IMG/VR virus record: IMGVR_UViG_3300044712_001255
Coordinates: 260,469-324,468 of that record
Reading direction: 5' to 3' (one strand)
DNA length: 64,000 bases
The notes under the pieces were generated by a model. That model made no database searches. It saw nothing but the letters and a program-made list of their open reading frames with translations, and was not told the DNA's origin. How positions within the stretch are numbered: the first letter of the stretch is position 1; the number at the start of each line of letters is the position of its first letter. The position numbers were made by a program, and so were the translations under genes. This document shows positions 24,235 to 35,024 of this stretch, piece after piece.

Positions 24235-25470
24235 ATGGCACACAATATTCCCATAGTGATCGAATACTTGAAGACCCACTCTCTCCAGGAGCTGGAGGAT
24301 GAGCATGGCGTCAAAGCTCGTCCTGACGCGGCGAACACCAAGTTTAGCCTAAATTACGATCAATTGGCTATCAAGGGCGGTGACAAGCTTGCTGAGCAGT
24401 GCCGCGGTATGGTTGTTCGTCCAATCAATGTTGCAACTTCTGGCGCATCATTTGATTGGGAAAAGCTACGTTCTGCACCCGTTGGCGAGTGCGTTGTCCT
24501 GTGTCGGCCAATGGATCGATTCTACAATGACGGTGATTTCTACGCCGCAAAGATAGACTATGATTCTGCCGTCGTGTATGAGAAGCTCGACGGTACTATG
24601 ATGGCTGCATATTGGGACCCGCTCAAGGCTGCATGGCACACCGCAACTCGATCAATTCCTGAGGCTGACCTGCCAATTCGGTTGGGAGACTTGGTGTTGG
24701 AAGATACCACGTTCCGTGGTCTGTTCGATCAGGCATTGGAATACATGATTAATGGTGAACGTGATCCAATGTTTCCAAATGCAATGACGTGGTGGAATCG
24801 ACTCAACAAGCAATACACCTATGTCTTTGAACTGACGAGCCCATTGAATCGTGTAGTTGTGCAGTATGACGAACCACGTATTACTGCGATCGCTTGTCGA
24901 GATAACGTATCTGGTCGTGAATGTCTCACTGGTATGTATCAACTCTGGCCTCGCCCTCGCACGTGGAAGCTCAATGACACTCATGCTATTAAGGCATTGG
25001 CGGATTCATTCTCTCCCGCTGAGTTGGAGGGGTTTGTAGTGTGTGATGTTCATTTCAAACGCGTCAAGATCAAGAATGCTGCATACGTCTTGGCACACCA
25101 CGCCAAGGATGGCATCGTGTCTTCAAAGCGCAATGCGCTTGTCGCAGCATTCAAGGGAATCCTTGATGACGTCATGCCCATGGTCGATCCTGCAACGCGA
25201 AAGGCAATGGAGGAACTGCAATTTGCTGTTGGCAAGTTCATCAAGGAGAGCGAAGCAAAGTACGCAGATTGGGCATCGCAGTGCGAACCCGGTGACAACA
25301 AGACGTTTGCGTCCTTTGTGAGCGCAAATCAACCCGTGTTGTCGTCAGCGTACTATGCCGTGTTCCGCGGCAAGAGCAAGACCATCGGAGAATACATGAC
25401 TCAACACATTGGCGAAGGAATGATTGGCGACAAGGCACTCGACAATATTCTTACCTACTTGAAGGTGTGA
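24235..25470 (+). CDS. T4 Rnl1-like RNA ligase
   Basis: QCRG, DRFYN, EKLDGT, YVFEL, EGFVV, RVKIKN..Y..AH. Confidence 0.9.
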   Translation: MAHNIPIVIEYLKTHSLQELEDEHGVKARPDAANTKFSLNYDQLAIKGGDKLAEQCRGMVVRPINVATSGASFDWEKLRSAPVGECVVLCRPMDRFYNDGDFYAAKIDYDSAVVYEKLDGTMMAAYWDPLKAAWHTATRSIPEADLPIRLGDLVLEDTTFRGLFDQALEYMINGERDPMFPNAMTWWNRLNKQYTYVFELTSPLNRVVVQYDEPRITAIACRDNVSGRECLTGMYQLWPRPRTWKLNDTHAIKALADSFSPAELEGFVVCDVHFKRVKIKNAAYVLAHHAKDGIVSSKRNALVAAFKGILDDVMPMVDPATRKAMEELQFAVGKFIKESEAKYADWASQCEPGDNKTFASFVSANQPVLSSAYYAVFRGKSKTIGEYMTQHIGEGMIGDKALDNILTYLKV

Positions 25471-25508
25471 TCCACATCTGCACAAGAAGAATAAACGGAT
25501 GCCATGAG

Positions 25509-25538
25509 ATGGGCTCGATGATATTGCGTCGAGCCCAT
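25509..25538. terminator. Hairpin between convergent genes
   Basis: atgggctcgatg/cgtcgagcccat 12-bp stem. Confidence 0.65.
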
Positions 25539-25544
25539 TTGCCG

Positions 25545-25898
25545 TTATATGTTCTGCAGGATCTTGGCTAGTGTAGCAGCGCGTGTCAGCTGACTTCGTT
25601 TTGTTTCTGGGTAATCAACCCAATGCATCAAACGTGGATCGGTTTTTGCGACATCATCGTACTGTTCACCGAACGTCCACCCAGCCAGAAGCTGGTCGAC
25701 CACCCAAGATTCTTGATGTGCTTCTGGGGTTTTACCTTCAAACATCGCAATCACAAAAGCAATAAGCTCCTGTTGCGCAAGCGTTGGGTAATCCTCCCAG
25801 TGAGGCATTGTCCCGCTTGATTCTATACGATCAAGTTCACATATTGCTTGCGCAACTAACGAGGCTTTTGCTATCATTGCACTTGGTAATGTTGTCAT
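25545..25898 (-). CDS. RyR-repeat-like domain protein (paralog of 21722-22123)
   Basis: QESW...GWTFGEQYDDVAKTDPRLMHWVDYP. Confidence 0.75.
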   Translation of the reverse strand: MTTLPSAMIAKASLVAQAICELDRIESSGTMPHWEDYPTLAQQELIAFVIAMFEGKTPEAHQESWVVDQLLAGWTFGEQYDDVAKTDPRLMHWVDYPETKRSQLTRAATLAKILQNI

Positions 25899-25906
25899 GT
25901 TTCACC

Positions 25907-28900
25907 TTAGAAGTTGATTGGACGCCAGACTCCATTCAGATAAATGAAGTTTCCTTGACGTGCGTTCATGCGAATTTGACCATTTCTTGGGCTCGCGGGC
26001 GCCGAGAAGTCGGCGAATGCTGCGGCAGATGGTGTGAATGCTTGTCCCTTATATCGAGCCCAACCAGAAACACGTACTTCGTCCATGTATCCTAACATTG
26101 GTTGACTAATGATGCCACCAATTCTTATACGATCTCCGCCGTACATGTATGGAACATATGCTGTAGCTGTTTGGAACGTTCCATCAATGGCCATTCTTAC
26201 TATGCCATCGTATCGTTCAACACATATATGATGCCATGCGTTCAATCCAATCGTTGTAATTGTTGAATTTGATGAGAATGATCCAGCCCACGTACCAGGT
26301 GTGATAGACCACGCAAATGACGGTTTGCTATTACTTGTTTCAACATAAATGATTGGACCAATTTGATCACCACCAGCTGCGTTGGTGGCAGCGAACCACA
26401 TGTTATAACCCGTGCCAGACGTAGGATACGCCCAAAACTCTATTGTGAAATCACCAAATTCTGGGAAGAATGTTGTGTTGGTCACTGTCAAATAGTTTGC
26501 AGCATTATCACCAGTATTCAATGACGTTGAACCAAATTTCTTTTGTGTTGAACTGCGTGTGGGTGAGCCGGCGGCAGTTACTGTTTGATTACCAATACCT
26601 GAATCTGTCCAAGCCGCACCTTCAAAGTGAAGGTGCAAGTAGTTTAAACATGTGTCAAGCGTAAGAGGAGTCGTATCACTAATTGGATCAACGTAACTGA
26701 ATGGTACGCCATCGTCAGACGCCGCTGGCGCTGGTACGCCTTTCAATCGTTTTGAATATAGATTCAATCCATCATTTTCAAATTGATAAGCAGTAACGCC
26801 GTTCAAATATACGGATGCGACTGTACCCGCCCTTATGGATGTCCTAAATAACGTCCATGAGCCAAGCGCTACGCCGCCGCCAGCTTCAACAACGTCTGTC
26901 GATAGAATATCAGTGAGACCGCCATACCCTGAGCGCGTCGTTATCACTGATTCGCCGTCAGACACTCTGATGAGACCAGATGTTGATCCTGAATACGCTG
27001 CTCGAGCAGAATACAATGCGTCTCTTGCAACCCAAGAACCACTGACATTTTGAATCAATTGATTATTGATTCCAGACGGTAACGTCCCAGAAAATATCTG
27101 TAGAAGCGTTTTGCCAGTAGGTATTGTTTCGTCTGTAAACAATAATGATTGATTTACTCGAGTTAATTTGATGCTTGACGTACCAAATTGAACATCGTTA
27201 GACGTTATTGTAATAGAACCAGTACCAACTGTAAGTGATCCTGAAATTCTTACATCACCCGCAAATAGCGCAATTTTGCGATTTGATCCTGATGACACTC
27301 CGACAGACCCAGAGACATAAAAGAATACGTCACTCCCGGCTAATGATCCAGAATCAAGAAATTGTGTAGGAGAACCAAACGCGACAGAACCTGTTGATAA
27401 CAACGAACCGCTAAAGTCCATCCATCCGGCAAATGATCTTCGTCGTGTAAAATCCGCAAATTGCTCAGTTGGAACTGAGAATGCAACAGGGTATCTGTCT
27501 ATGCCAACCGTTATTCTAACATCGTCAATATATCCATTAAGCGTTCTTGCGCCGCCTGGGAAGTACGGGTAATGTCCAATCCAACACTTGGTGCTTGTGT
27601 ACATGCTAGTCGCGTATGCGTATGTGCCGGCATACACTCCATCGTACCAAAGTCGTATTTGACCACCACTTCTGCTTGCAGCGACATGATGCCAAGCACC
27701 TGCGGTTGGCGTAATCACCCCGCCTGGGCCACCAGCCCACCCCACCCCAGCAGCAGATACAAGAAACTGTAACGTATTATTCGACTCAAGATAGAGTATT
27801 GGTCCCTGCCCATCGGCCGACGTTGCGAACATGATAATCGGTTGATAGCCGACACTGACACTTGTGAACCAAACCCAACATTCAATCGTCCAATCACCTG
27901 AACCGAGCGTGATAACGCCACCAGAGTTATCAGCATATAACGTGTTTGTGTTAACTCCATTAAGACCTAATGATGTAGTGCCCCATTTCACCTGAGTGTT
28001 TGATAACTGAATTGTTCCCGCCGACGTCATTGTCATCGGATTACGAGAAGAATCTATCATTGTTGTGCTGCCATTTGACCCATTGAAATGTAGCAACAAT
28101 TTAGTGTAATCAAAATATGAATCGCCCAAAAATAACCCAGAATCACCGCCAGATGCCGTAGATGAAATAGTGACTTGCCCGTTTGATTGAGTCACTATCG
28201 CTATATTGCTGCCTGCTGTAAGATACGTTTGTCCGTTTGTAAGTTTTTGTAATGATCCTCTTAACCCACCAACAAAGTCTACATTACCAGTGAATGTAGC
28301 GCCTGATATTGTCGCAACAATGTCATCGTCAATAGCAAGCGTGAAAAATCCCGCGCCCCCACCGAGTGGATCTACGACTTGATCATTGAGTTCTAATGCA
28401 ATAAATGAAACATTATCAACAGTAGACGCATAGACGTTATCACCATTTTTTGCATATAACTCATACGTATGAGTTCCTGCTGTAGGTGAATCTACAAATG
28501 TTATGAATGATGAATTATACGTATATGATGTTGAAGGAGAATTAGTAACGCCAGGATTCGTAACGCTTATTCCATGTACGGCATTGCTAAGTGGTTGGCC
28601 ATCTCGATAAATGTTGAATACAGCTGACGCTGAGTAAAATGGCGTTGGCGTAGTCAGATAGAACGTATTAGCGCATGTTCCCATCAACAGAATTTTCTTA
28701 CCAAGAGTTGATAGTGTGATGGAATTTGCAATAGGTTGATATGACGATGATAACGTCATCGAATTTGATAGGAACGCTGAACCGTAGTTAACGTCAGGCG
28801 TTAGTTCGATCGCAATGACTTGTGAAAGTCGTGGTACACTGGCCACTTGGCCATTCACTACAAAATTTGATGCAACGTATCCACCTACTTTGACATTGTA

Positions 28901-30628
28901 GTTATGTGTTCCCGCCGGGGGCGAATCTACATGAACAAATGTATCATTAATGTAGCTAAAATCAGAACCAAGGTGCACGCTAAGTGCTGTTTCATCTCGA
29001 TACGCATGTACGCCTTGAATATATTGATATTGAGGTGATTGATAGTTCACCTGGCCCAGCATCAAAACAGGGTATCCTGTTGTTGTAATTGACGCAGTTA
29101 AATATGGGATTGTCCATAAACTAGCGTCAAACCCAAATGACATAACGCTTGACGTTGATCCACTTGCCCAATTTAATGTCGGTGAGAACTCAATCACAGA
29201 AAATTGAGCTCTATCGACTGCCGTTGTGTCTGCGATGATTGACCAATCTTGAGCCTTTTTATTTCTAACGGCTGCAATTGAGTGCGTGCCGGCCGGCGGT
29301 GTTTCCATGAAAAAACACCCAAGATTTGCGTAATGTTTGTAATTGTGTAGAAACCATGTAGAGTATTCGACATAGTGAGACGCAATTGATGCTGTCGATA
29401 AAAATAGACCATCACGACTGTAATATACGTCAGGATACCACGTACTTCCAGCAGATGTTGTCGCGAAGAGAGACGCAACATACAATACCGGACCGCCCCT
29501 TGTGACAATCGATCCTGAAAATTCAGGTATAATTGGTGGCCATTGCGTCAGATCATCAGGCCCTGGCATATCGTGAGTTGTAAATGAACTCGTCGTGAAT
29601 AGCCCATATGTCACAGATGATGCTGACGATGCTAGCTGTAGACCAAGCCCAGCGTGAAGCACAAGCGAATTTGTGAGTGATGATGTTACGTTGGCAAGAA
29701 TGTAATACGGGTAAATGTCGCCAGGTCTAGTGTTTGTGAATGTAATTTGACCATTTGATTGTGTTACTATCGATATGCCTAAGCCTTCTGAGAGATATGA
29801 CACCCCGTTAGTTGTTTGTTGTAATGAGCCGCTAAGACCGCCATTGAAATTAACGACACCTGTAAATGTTGATCCTGATATCGTAGCAACAATATTGTTA
29901 TTGATATTAAGGCTATACGTACTTCCTGCTCCATTGTCTGTGCCTATGAGGCTAGGACCAGGAGTGAACACTCGTTCATCTGTGAGATATGTATCAGTTG
30001 TTAGCGTGAGGTATTGTGCTGACGATACCGGACCAGTTGCGCCCGTGGGACCTGTCGGACCCGTCGGGCCTATCGCGCCAGTCGCTCCAGCAGCACCGGT
30101 CGCCCCCGTGGGACCTATAGGACCCGTAGGACCTACGCCACCTCCTGACCCTCCCGTGGCCCAAGCGTGCCACTGATCATCATACCAATACGCAGCGTAT
30201 GATCCATAATCTGTTGATATAGTTTGTGTATACGAATCATCGATTGTGATTTTGTTTAATGAATCATCACCAGCAATGATGATGTTTACGCTGGACGCGA
30301 GTCCAGAAGCGTCTTTCGCTATGATTAATTGGCCTTCTCGCGGTGAAGGCGGCAACACAAGAGTTACGCTTCCACTCGGTCCCGTTAGCGTTGAGACAAA
30401 ATCAACCTCAATTATTGAATCATTGTTATTTGCGTATTGAACTTCTGTATCGCTAGAAAAAGTATGCTTTACTACATTGATCGATAATCGTCCTGTTATA
30501 TCAAGTTCAGCAGGTTTATTCACCGTGCCGATTTGGAAGTCGCTTGTTGCAGCGACGCGTTGAATATTTCCAAATTGGTCCTGTGCTATAAAGAACAGCG
30601 ATGTGAGTGTATCGATAGATGTCGGCAT
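25907..30628 (-). CDS. Tail fibre/adhesin with collagen-like repeat and two LamG domains
   Basis: GPT/GAT triplets and two LLHF.G...DS...FTIECW/FW...WHH...GYIDDVRI modules. Confidence 0.85.
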   Translation of the reverse strand: MPTSIDTLTSLFFIAQDQFGNIQRVAATSDFQIGTVNKPAELDITGRLSINVVKHTFSSDTEVQYANNNDSIIEVDFVSTLTGPSGSVTLVLPPSPREGQLIIAKDASGLASSVNIIIAGDDSLNKITIDDSYTQTISTDYGSYAAYWYDDQWHAWATGGSGGGVGPTGPIGPTGATGAAGATGAIGPTGPTGPTGATGPVSSAQYLTLTTDTYLTDERVFTPGPSLIGTDNGAGSTYSLNINNNIVATISGSTFTGVVNFNGGLSGSLQQTTNGVSYLSEGLGISIVTQSNGQITFTNTRPGDIYPYYILANVTSSLTNSLVLHAGLGLQLASSASSVTYGLFTTSSFTTHDMPGPDDLTQWPPIIPEFSGSIVTRGGPVLYVASLFATTSAGSTWYPDVYYSRDGLFLSTASIASHYVEYSTWFLHNYKHYANLGCFFMETPPAGTHSIAAVRNKKAQDWSIIADTTAVDRAQFSVIEFSPTLNWASGSTSSVMSFGFDASLWTIPYLTASITTTGYPVLMLGQVNYQSPQYQYIQGVHAYRDETALSVHLGSDFSYINDTFVHVDSPPAGTHNYNVKVGGYVASNFVVNGQVASVPRLSQVIAIELTPDVNYGSAFLSNSMTLSSSYQPIANSITLSTLGKKILLMGTCANTFYLTTPTPFYSASAVFNIYRDGQPLSNAVHGISVTNPGVTNSPSTSYTYNSSFITFVDSPTAGTHTYELYAKNGDNVYASTVDNVSFIALELNDQVVDPLGGGAGFFTLAIDDDIVATISGATFTGNVDFVGGLRGSLQKLTNGQTYLTAGSNIAIVTQSNGQVTISSTASGGDSGLFLGDSYFDYTKLLLHFNGSNGSTTMIDSSRNPMTMTSAGTIQLSNTQVKWGTTSLGLNGVNTNTLYADNSGGVITLGSGDWTIECWVWFTSVSVGYQPIIMFATSADGQGPILYLESNNTLQFLVSAAGVGWAGGPGGVITPTAGAWHHVAASRSGGQIRLWYDGVYAGTYAYATSMYTSTKCWIGHYPYFPGGARTLNGYIDDVRITVGIDRYPVAFSVPTEQFADFTRRRSFAGWMDFSGSLLSTGSVAFGSPTQFLDSGSLAGSDVFFYVSGSVGVSSGSNRKIALFAGDVRISGSLTVGTGSITITSNDVQFGTSSIKLTRVNQSLLFTDETIPTGKTLLQIFSGTLPSGINNQLIQNVSGSWVARDALYSARAAYSGSTSGLIRVSDGESVITTRSGYGGLTDILSTDVVEAGGGVALGSWTLFRTSIRAGTVASVYLNGVTAYQFENDGLNLYSKRLKGVPAPAASDDGVPFSYVDPISDTTPLTLDTCLNYLHLHFEGAAWTDSGIGNQTVTAAGSPTRSSTQKKFGSTSLNTGDNAANYLTVTNTTFFPEFGDFTIEFWAYPTSGTGYNMWFAATNAAGGDQIGPIIYVETSNSKPSFAWSITPGTWAGSFSSNSTITTIGLNAWHHICVERYDGIVRMAIDGTFQTATAYVPYMYGGDRIRIGGIISQPMLGYMDEVRVSGWARYKGQAFTPSAAAFADFSAPASPRNGQIRMNARQGNFIYLNGVWRPINF
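30025..30140 (-). repeat. Collagen-like Gly-X-Y repeat
   Basis: GPTGPIGPTGATGAAGATGAIGPTGPTGPTGATGP. Confidence 0.85.
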
Positions 30629-30647
30629 CTCAAACTACCTAGCTGCG

Positions 30648-33600
30648 TTAGATCACAAGATTACCGTTTGAATCAGTTGTGATGCTTTGTAAAGTTTGGT
30701 TGAGTTGTAGGGGATTGATTGTCGATCGATTGTGAGCTTCACCATCGAAATATGGTAATGATGACGTTGCTTCAAGACTTAGATTTGACGACCACGTGGT
30801 TTCTGGTTCAACGTGTTGACTTGTGATTGGGTTCACAAAACGAACTTGTACAGGTGAATCCTCTATGTTGTTATCAACAAACATTTTTGTGTCAATCCCT
30901 TGTTCAAGCATATCGCGGAATTGACCAAAACGACCGCGACGAAATACGAGAGATGTGTTAGATGTTATTCCGCTGAACAGCCCGTATTTCCACCCACGAA
31001 TCATTACACCATATACGTTATTTCGACCCCATAGATCGACTGTCTTAAATTGTGGAAGATGATTTGCTCCACATCTTATCGTATTTGATGAAATATGTTG
31101 TAATGTAGAGGGAATTGTTTGTGTACCGTAATTGGGATGAGAAAAATCAAAATCATTTCCATTCTTTACACCCAATGCAATGTTGTTTAGATCACCAAAT
31201 CCAAAAATGATTTTACGTATTTCATCTCTAGAGATATTAACAGTTCCCGGACCACCTCGATACCACCACGCACCATTTGGTTCAAATTTTAGTGGCGAGT
31301 AAAATCCTGTAGGTGACGCATTTGCCCATCCACCATAATAGACGTAAATGTTATGTGACGTCCTTAGCAAAACACTGGTGTTAATAACGTCTGGAGCAAG
31401 TCCATTCAAATTATATAGTGATGAATTCCAATAACGATTGGTATCATAAACAGAAATGAATGGATCAAGTGATCTATCAATAGATGCGTATCTTGATTCA
31501 AATGGAAACCCAAATGGCCAATCATTATCGGTTATATTTGCCGTACCTGGTGTTGCTGGTGGTAATCCACACCAAGACCATAAAATACCACTTACACCGC
31601 CAAATTCAGTAGTTTCTGTTGACGTATCAGAAATATTTGCAATTGGGAAATTTGTCTCTTGCAATAAATTTGAAAGTGAAGGAACAAATGAATCATAAAT
31701 GATTTGTTGTGATGTCATTCTTACATTGCTGATTATGCCTGCTACTTCGAATTGCTTGCGTAACGCAACATCTCTTTGCATCACCGTATCAGAATATAAT
31801 TGATTGATGTCTGATAAATCATAGAAAGTATTTTGAGATGCACTTACAATATTGAATTGTTTTTTACGTTCCTGTAGGGACATAGATCCCGTGACATACG
31901 CGTCATTGTACGTACCGTAAAGCGCACGTCTTCCATAAACTTCAAATTGATCAAGTGCAGGATCATTACCAATAACATCGCTTATTATCGTAGATTGAAA
32001 TTTCGTATTACGAACATCATGGAATTCTTTTGCTTCACGTAAGTAACTTCCAAAAAATGTGATCTTTACTGATGATCCTGATGGGATCTTGATGTCATGG
32101 CCTAATGTGCCAGTTACATAAAATCTATCATTAGGATCTCCACCTACGAATGTTGCTCGTTTCACGCATGGTCGTGTTTTACTCACTGCTAACGTAAGCT
32201 TTTGATTTGGGAAAATAACATATGGACTTTTTTGCGTTTGCATTACGCAAATGGGTTGTGTTAACGTAAATGACTGGGCTGCTAACGCAGATGATTTCTC
32301 TGTATCTGACATGTAGAAATACTTGTTTTTGTATTTCAATGGTGATCGAGATGTAATTTGTTCACGACCAAAAATTGATTGTCCAGACCCGACAAATCCA
32401 TCTTGGTTTCTTCCAATGTTATTGATCCAATTTATTCGGTAGTGATTATCATTTCCACCTACAAACAATTTTGTGTCTGTGGACGTTATGATGAATTCCT
32501 CTGTACTCACAAATTGAGAAAATCTTAATCTATTGTTGTCTGTTCCGCCATTAAGCGCATCGAAACGTAACGTTCCGATGACCCCGTTGGTAATGGCACT
32601 CTCGGCAAGTAATTTAACACTACCTGTGAATTCATAATTGGATTTATTAGGATAAACAATAGTTGATGCTGATGGCAAAAATGAGTTTATGCCGCGAATT
32701 TGTCCAACTGCTTCCAACAGCGGCCAAATGATTTCTGGACCTTGACTGCCAGTGAAGTCATTACAATTTGTTATTGTAGCAGATAGAATAAGCTCTTGTC
32801 GCGTTAGATTATTGTACGTAGTTTGAGCAAATAGTGCGACCGTGACCAGCGGACCACCTATATCAATAAACGTGTTCTCCGTGCTTGTCCAATCGTATCC
32901 ATATGGTTGCACGCAACGAGTTACGTCATCAAACCAGGTTTTACCAGCCTCAAGAGGCAATTCAATCATTGCTTTTTCAATAATGAAAGGTTCATTGATT
33001 GGCAATGAAAATGTTTCCGTGTTTGACGGAACGTACTCTTGATTTATGCAAATACTTTTTGCATACTCCTTTTGAATCGCAACATTGTAATTTTGCTCAT
33101 TGAAAACATTATTGATATTGTCGTCAGATGAATTTGCGATATAATACGGTGGTGCTGTTACAATTGCATCGCTTCCACTAACAATCAAATTGCCTAATGG
33201 ACCAAATCCCCGGTAATCTTCTGACGTACGTTTACTATCGATATAAGCCATTCCGTCAGCGAGATCACTTGGATTTTTCACCAAAAATTGTTTATATCGA
33301 GTATCATAATACATGATTGAGCTTGTGAGCCCAAGCATCGGAGTCGTATATTGAATTGGAAGTTCAATATTGATTTGATTCTTTGATTGTAATGTTTCAG
33401 TGAGATCTGCGTTGGCATTCACAAAAAATACACCATTTGGGGTGGTGATATCATCAATCATAATTTGACGATTGTGCTCACTAAATGGTTTAATTCTTGA
33501 CCAATTTCGAGGATCATTCTCGGCGATTGAGTTGATGTCAAGCGTTGCAAACGTTGATCCTGTGGCTTGAATTGTCGTGCCACTTAGGATATCTTCAAGA

Positions 33601-35024
33601 GATTGAATTTGTTGTGTGTATCCGAGGTTATTACGACTTATCATTGCAGGATATGACACAACGGCTTGAGTTGAGAATATTGTTGATTTTTGATCATCAA
33701 ACATTCCAATCGAAACACTTGACCCATCATATTTTGATGATACACGAGGAAGAAGCTTACGTCTCACCGCAGGAGGTTGAAACACTAATGATGTTGCATT
33801 TCCTTGTTGACAAGGCCAATCATACGCCGTCAACAAATAGTTGTAGTACGTAGTTGGCATTGACCAGTATTTTTTGTATTGCGCAGGTGTGCTTATTCCA
33901 CCAAGTGGATGACGTTCAACAGAATTTAAAGATGAAACCATTCCCCCTAAAGATGGCGCCCATTCAGGGAATATCAATAATGAAGATCCAATATTGATTT
34001 CTGACGTAAAATCTCTAAACCCGTTTTTTGTGAAAACACCTACGCAAGCAGCGTGGTTTGATTCAAAGTTGTAATTTGCGTAAACACCCGTCTCTTTTAT
34101 CTGTTCTCCCCCACGTAACTTACGATACGTAAATTCTAGACGTCCATTCTCAAAAATTTTCAATTGAAATTGAAAACTTGAAGAAATTGTAGGTACTTTC
34201 ATCTCAAGATCGGCATACGTTATATGATGAAACGAACACCATTGAATTGCTCTATAAAGACCATGTACTGTGTCTGATAGAACTTGTGTCCATCGCACTC
34301 CTGCTTTTGAGGGTGAGAAAATTAAATCTGGGGGTTGTGTCATCCCATAATGAATCTTTTCTACAAGATCATCAGAGTTATATCCCCCCAAATCTACAAG
34401 CGATTCATAGTAAATCGATCCAGATAACGCACCCGTATTAGGGATCACCTCATTTTGATATTTTGATCCACTAAGATTTGCAATGTAATTAACGGGCGTA
34501 GATCCTAATGAGGCAAGGCTATTGGACGGTAATGTTGGACCATTTATTTGATAGTTGTCAAGATTAATAGAAAACCATGGTGCAACTAATACACCGTCAA
34601 ATGTCATGTTCAAATTGATTGAGTGCGGTGAACCTGGACCCATACAATTTGTGGGAGAATAAAGATCACGCGCCATTGTATTCCACAATGACGAACTAAC
34701 GTGCGTAAGTAGATCAGGGTTTTTGCCAATAATGCAATATCCTGACATACTGATAACGATATGATCGTATTCTTCACCATTCATACGAAATGAAAAGCCA
34801 AGAGGAATAGGCAACGACTGTGGTTCTGTGTGCCATGTTGTGTTATCAGTTCCAACGTACCCAACTAACGCAACTAACCCGCCAATAGAAGGATCATGTA
34901 CGGTAGTTGCAGGAATCTTTGTGAACAACGCATCATCTAACATCGCCGTGTTGGATACTCTTTTCAACGCGTAATCGTTGATATAGTTTGTGCGTGTTCT
35001 TTGTACTTTAGGTGTTGCAGGCAT
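30648..35024 (-). CDS. Large virion structural protein
   Basis: 1458 aa, within the tail/baseplate operon. Confidence 0.75.
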   Translation of the reverse strand: MPATPKVQRTRTNYINDYALKRVSNTAMLDDALFTKIPATTVHDPSIGGLVALVGYVGTDNTTWHTEPQSLPIPLGFSFRMNGEEYDHIVISMSGYCIIGKNPDLLTHVSSSLWNTMARDLYSPTNCMGPGSPHSINLNMTFDGVLVAPWFSINLDNYQINGPTLPSNSLASLGSTPVNYIANLSGSKYQNEVIPNTGALSGSIYYESLVDLGGYNSDDLVEKIHYGMTQPPDLIFSPSKAGVRWTQVLSDTVHGLYRAIQWCSFHHITYADLEMKVPTISSSFQFQLKIFENGRLEFTYRKLRGGEQIKETGVYANYNFESNHAACVGVFTKNGFRDFTSEINIGSSLLIFPEWAPSLGGMVSSLNSVERHPLGGISTPAQYKKYWSMPTTYYNYLLTAYDWPCQQGNATSLVFQPPAVRRKLLPRVSSKYDGSSVSIGMFDDQKSTIFSTQAVVSYPAMISRNNLGYTQQIQSLEDILSGTTIQATGSTFATLDINSIAENDPRNWSRIKPFSEHNRQIMIDDITTPNGVFFVNANADLTETLQSKNQINIELPIQYTTPMLGLTSSIMYYDTRYKQFLVKNPSDLADGMAYIDSKRTSEDYRGFGPLGNLIVSGSDAIVTAPPYYIANSSDDNINNVFNEQNYNVAIQKEYAKSICINQEYVPSNTETFSLPINEPFIIEKAMIELPLEAGKTWFDDVTRCVQPYGYDWTSTENTFIDIGGPLVTVALFAQTTYNNLTRQELILSATITNCNDFTGSQGPEIIWPLLEAVGQIRGINSFLPSASTIVYPNKSNYEFTGSVKLLAESAITNGVIGTLRFDALNGGTDNNRLRFSQFVSTEEFIITSTDTKLFVGGNDNHYRINWINNIGRNQDGFVGSGQSIFGREQITSRSPLKYKNKYFYMSDTEKSSALAAQSFTLTQPICVMQTQKSPYVIFPNQKLTLAVSKTRPCVKRATFVGGDPNDRFYVTGTLGHDIKIPSGSSVKITFFGSYLREAKEFHDVRNTKFQSTIISDVIGNDPALDQFEVYGRRALYGTYNDAYVTGSMSLQERKKQFNIVSASQNTFYDLSDINQLYSDTVMQRDVALRKQFEVAGIISNVRMTSQQIIYDSFVPSLSNLLQETNFPIANISDTSTETTEFGGVSGILWSWCGLPPATPGTANITDNDWPFGFPFESRYASIDRSLDPFISVYDTNRYWNSSLYNLNGLAPDVINTSVLLRTSHNIYVYYGGWANASPTGFYSPLKFEPNGAWWYRGGPGTVNISRDEIRKIIFGFGDLNNIALGVKNGNDFDFSHPNYGTQTIPSTLQHISSNTIRCGANHLPQFKTVDLWGRNNVYGVMIRGWKYGLFSGITSNTSLVFRRGRFGQFRDMLEQGIDTKMFVDNNIEDSPVQVRFVNPITSQHVEPETTWSSNLSLEATSSLPYFDGEAHNRSTINPLQLNQTLQSITTDSNGNLVI

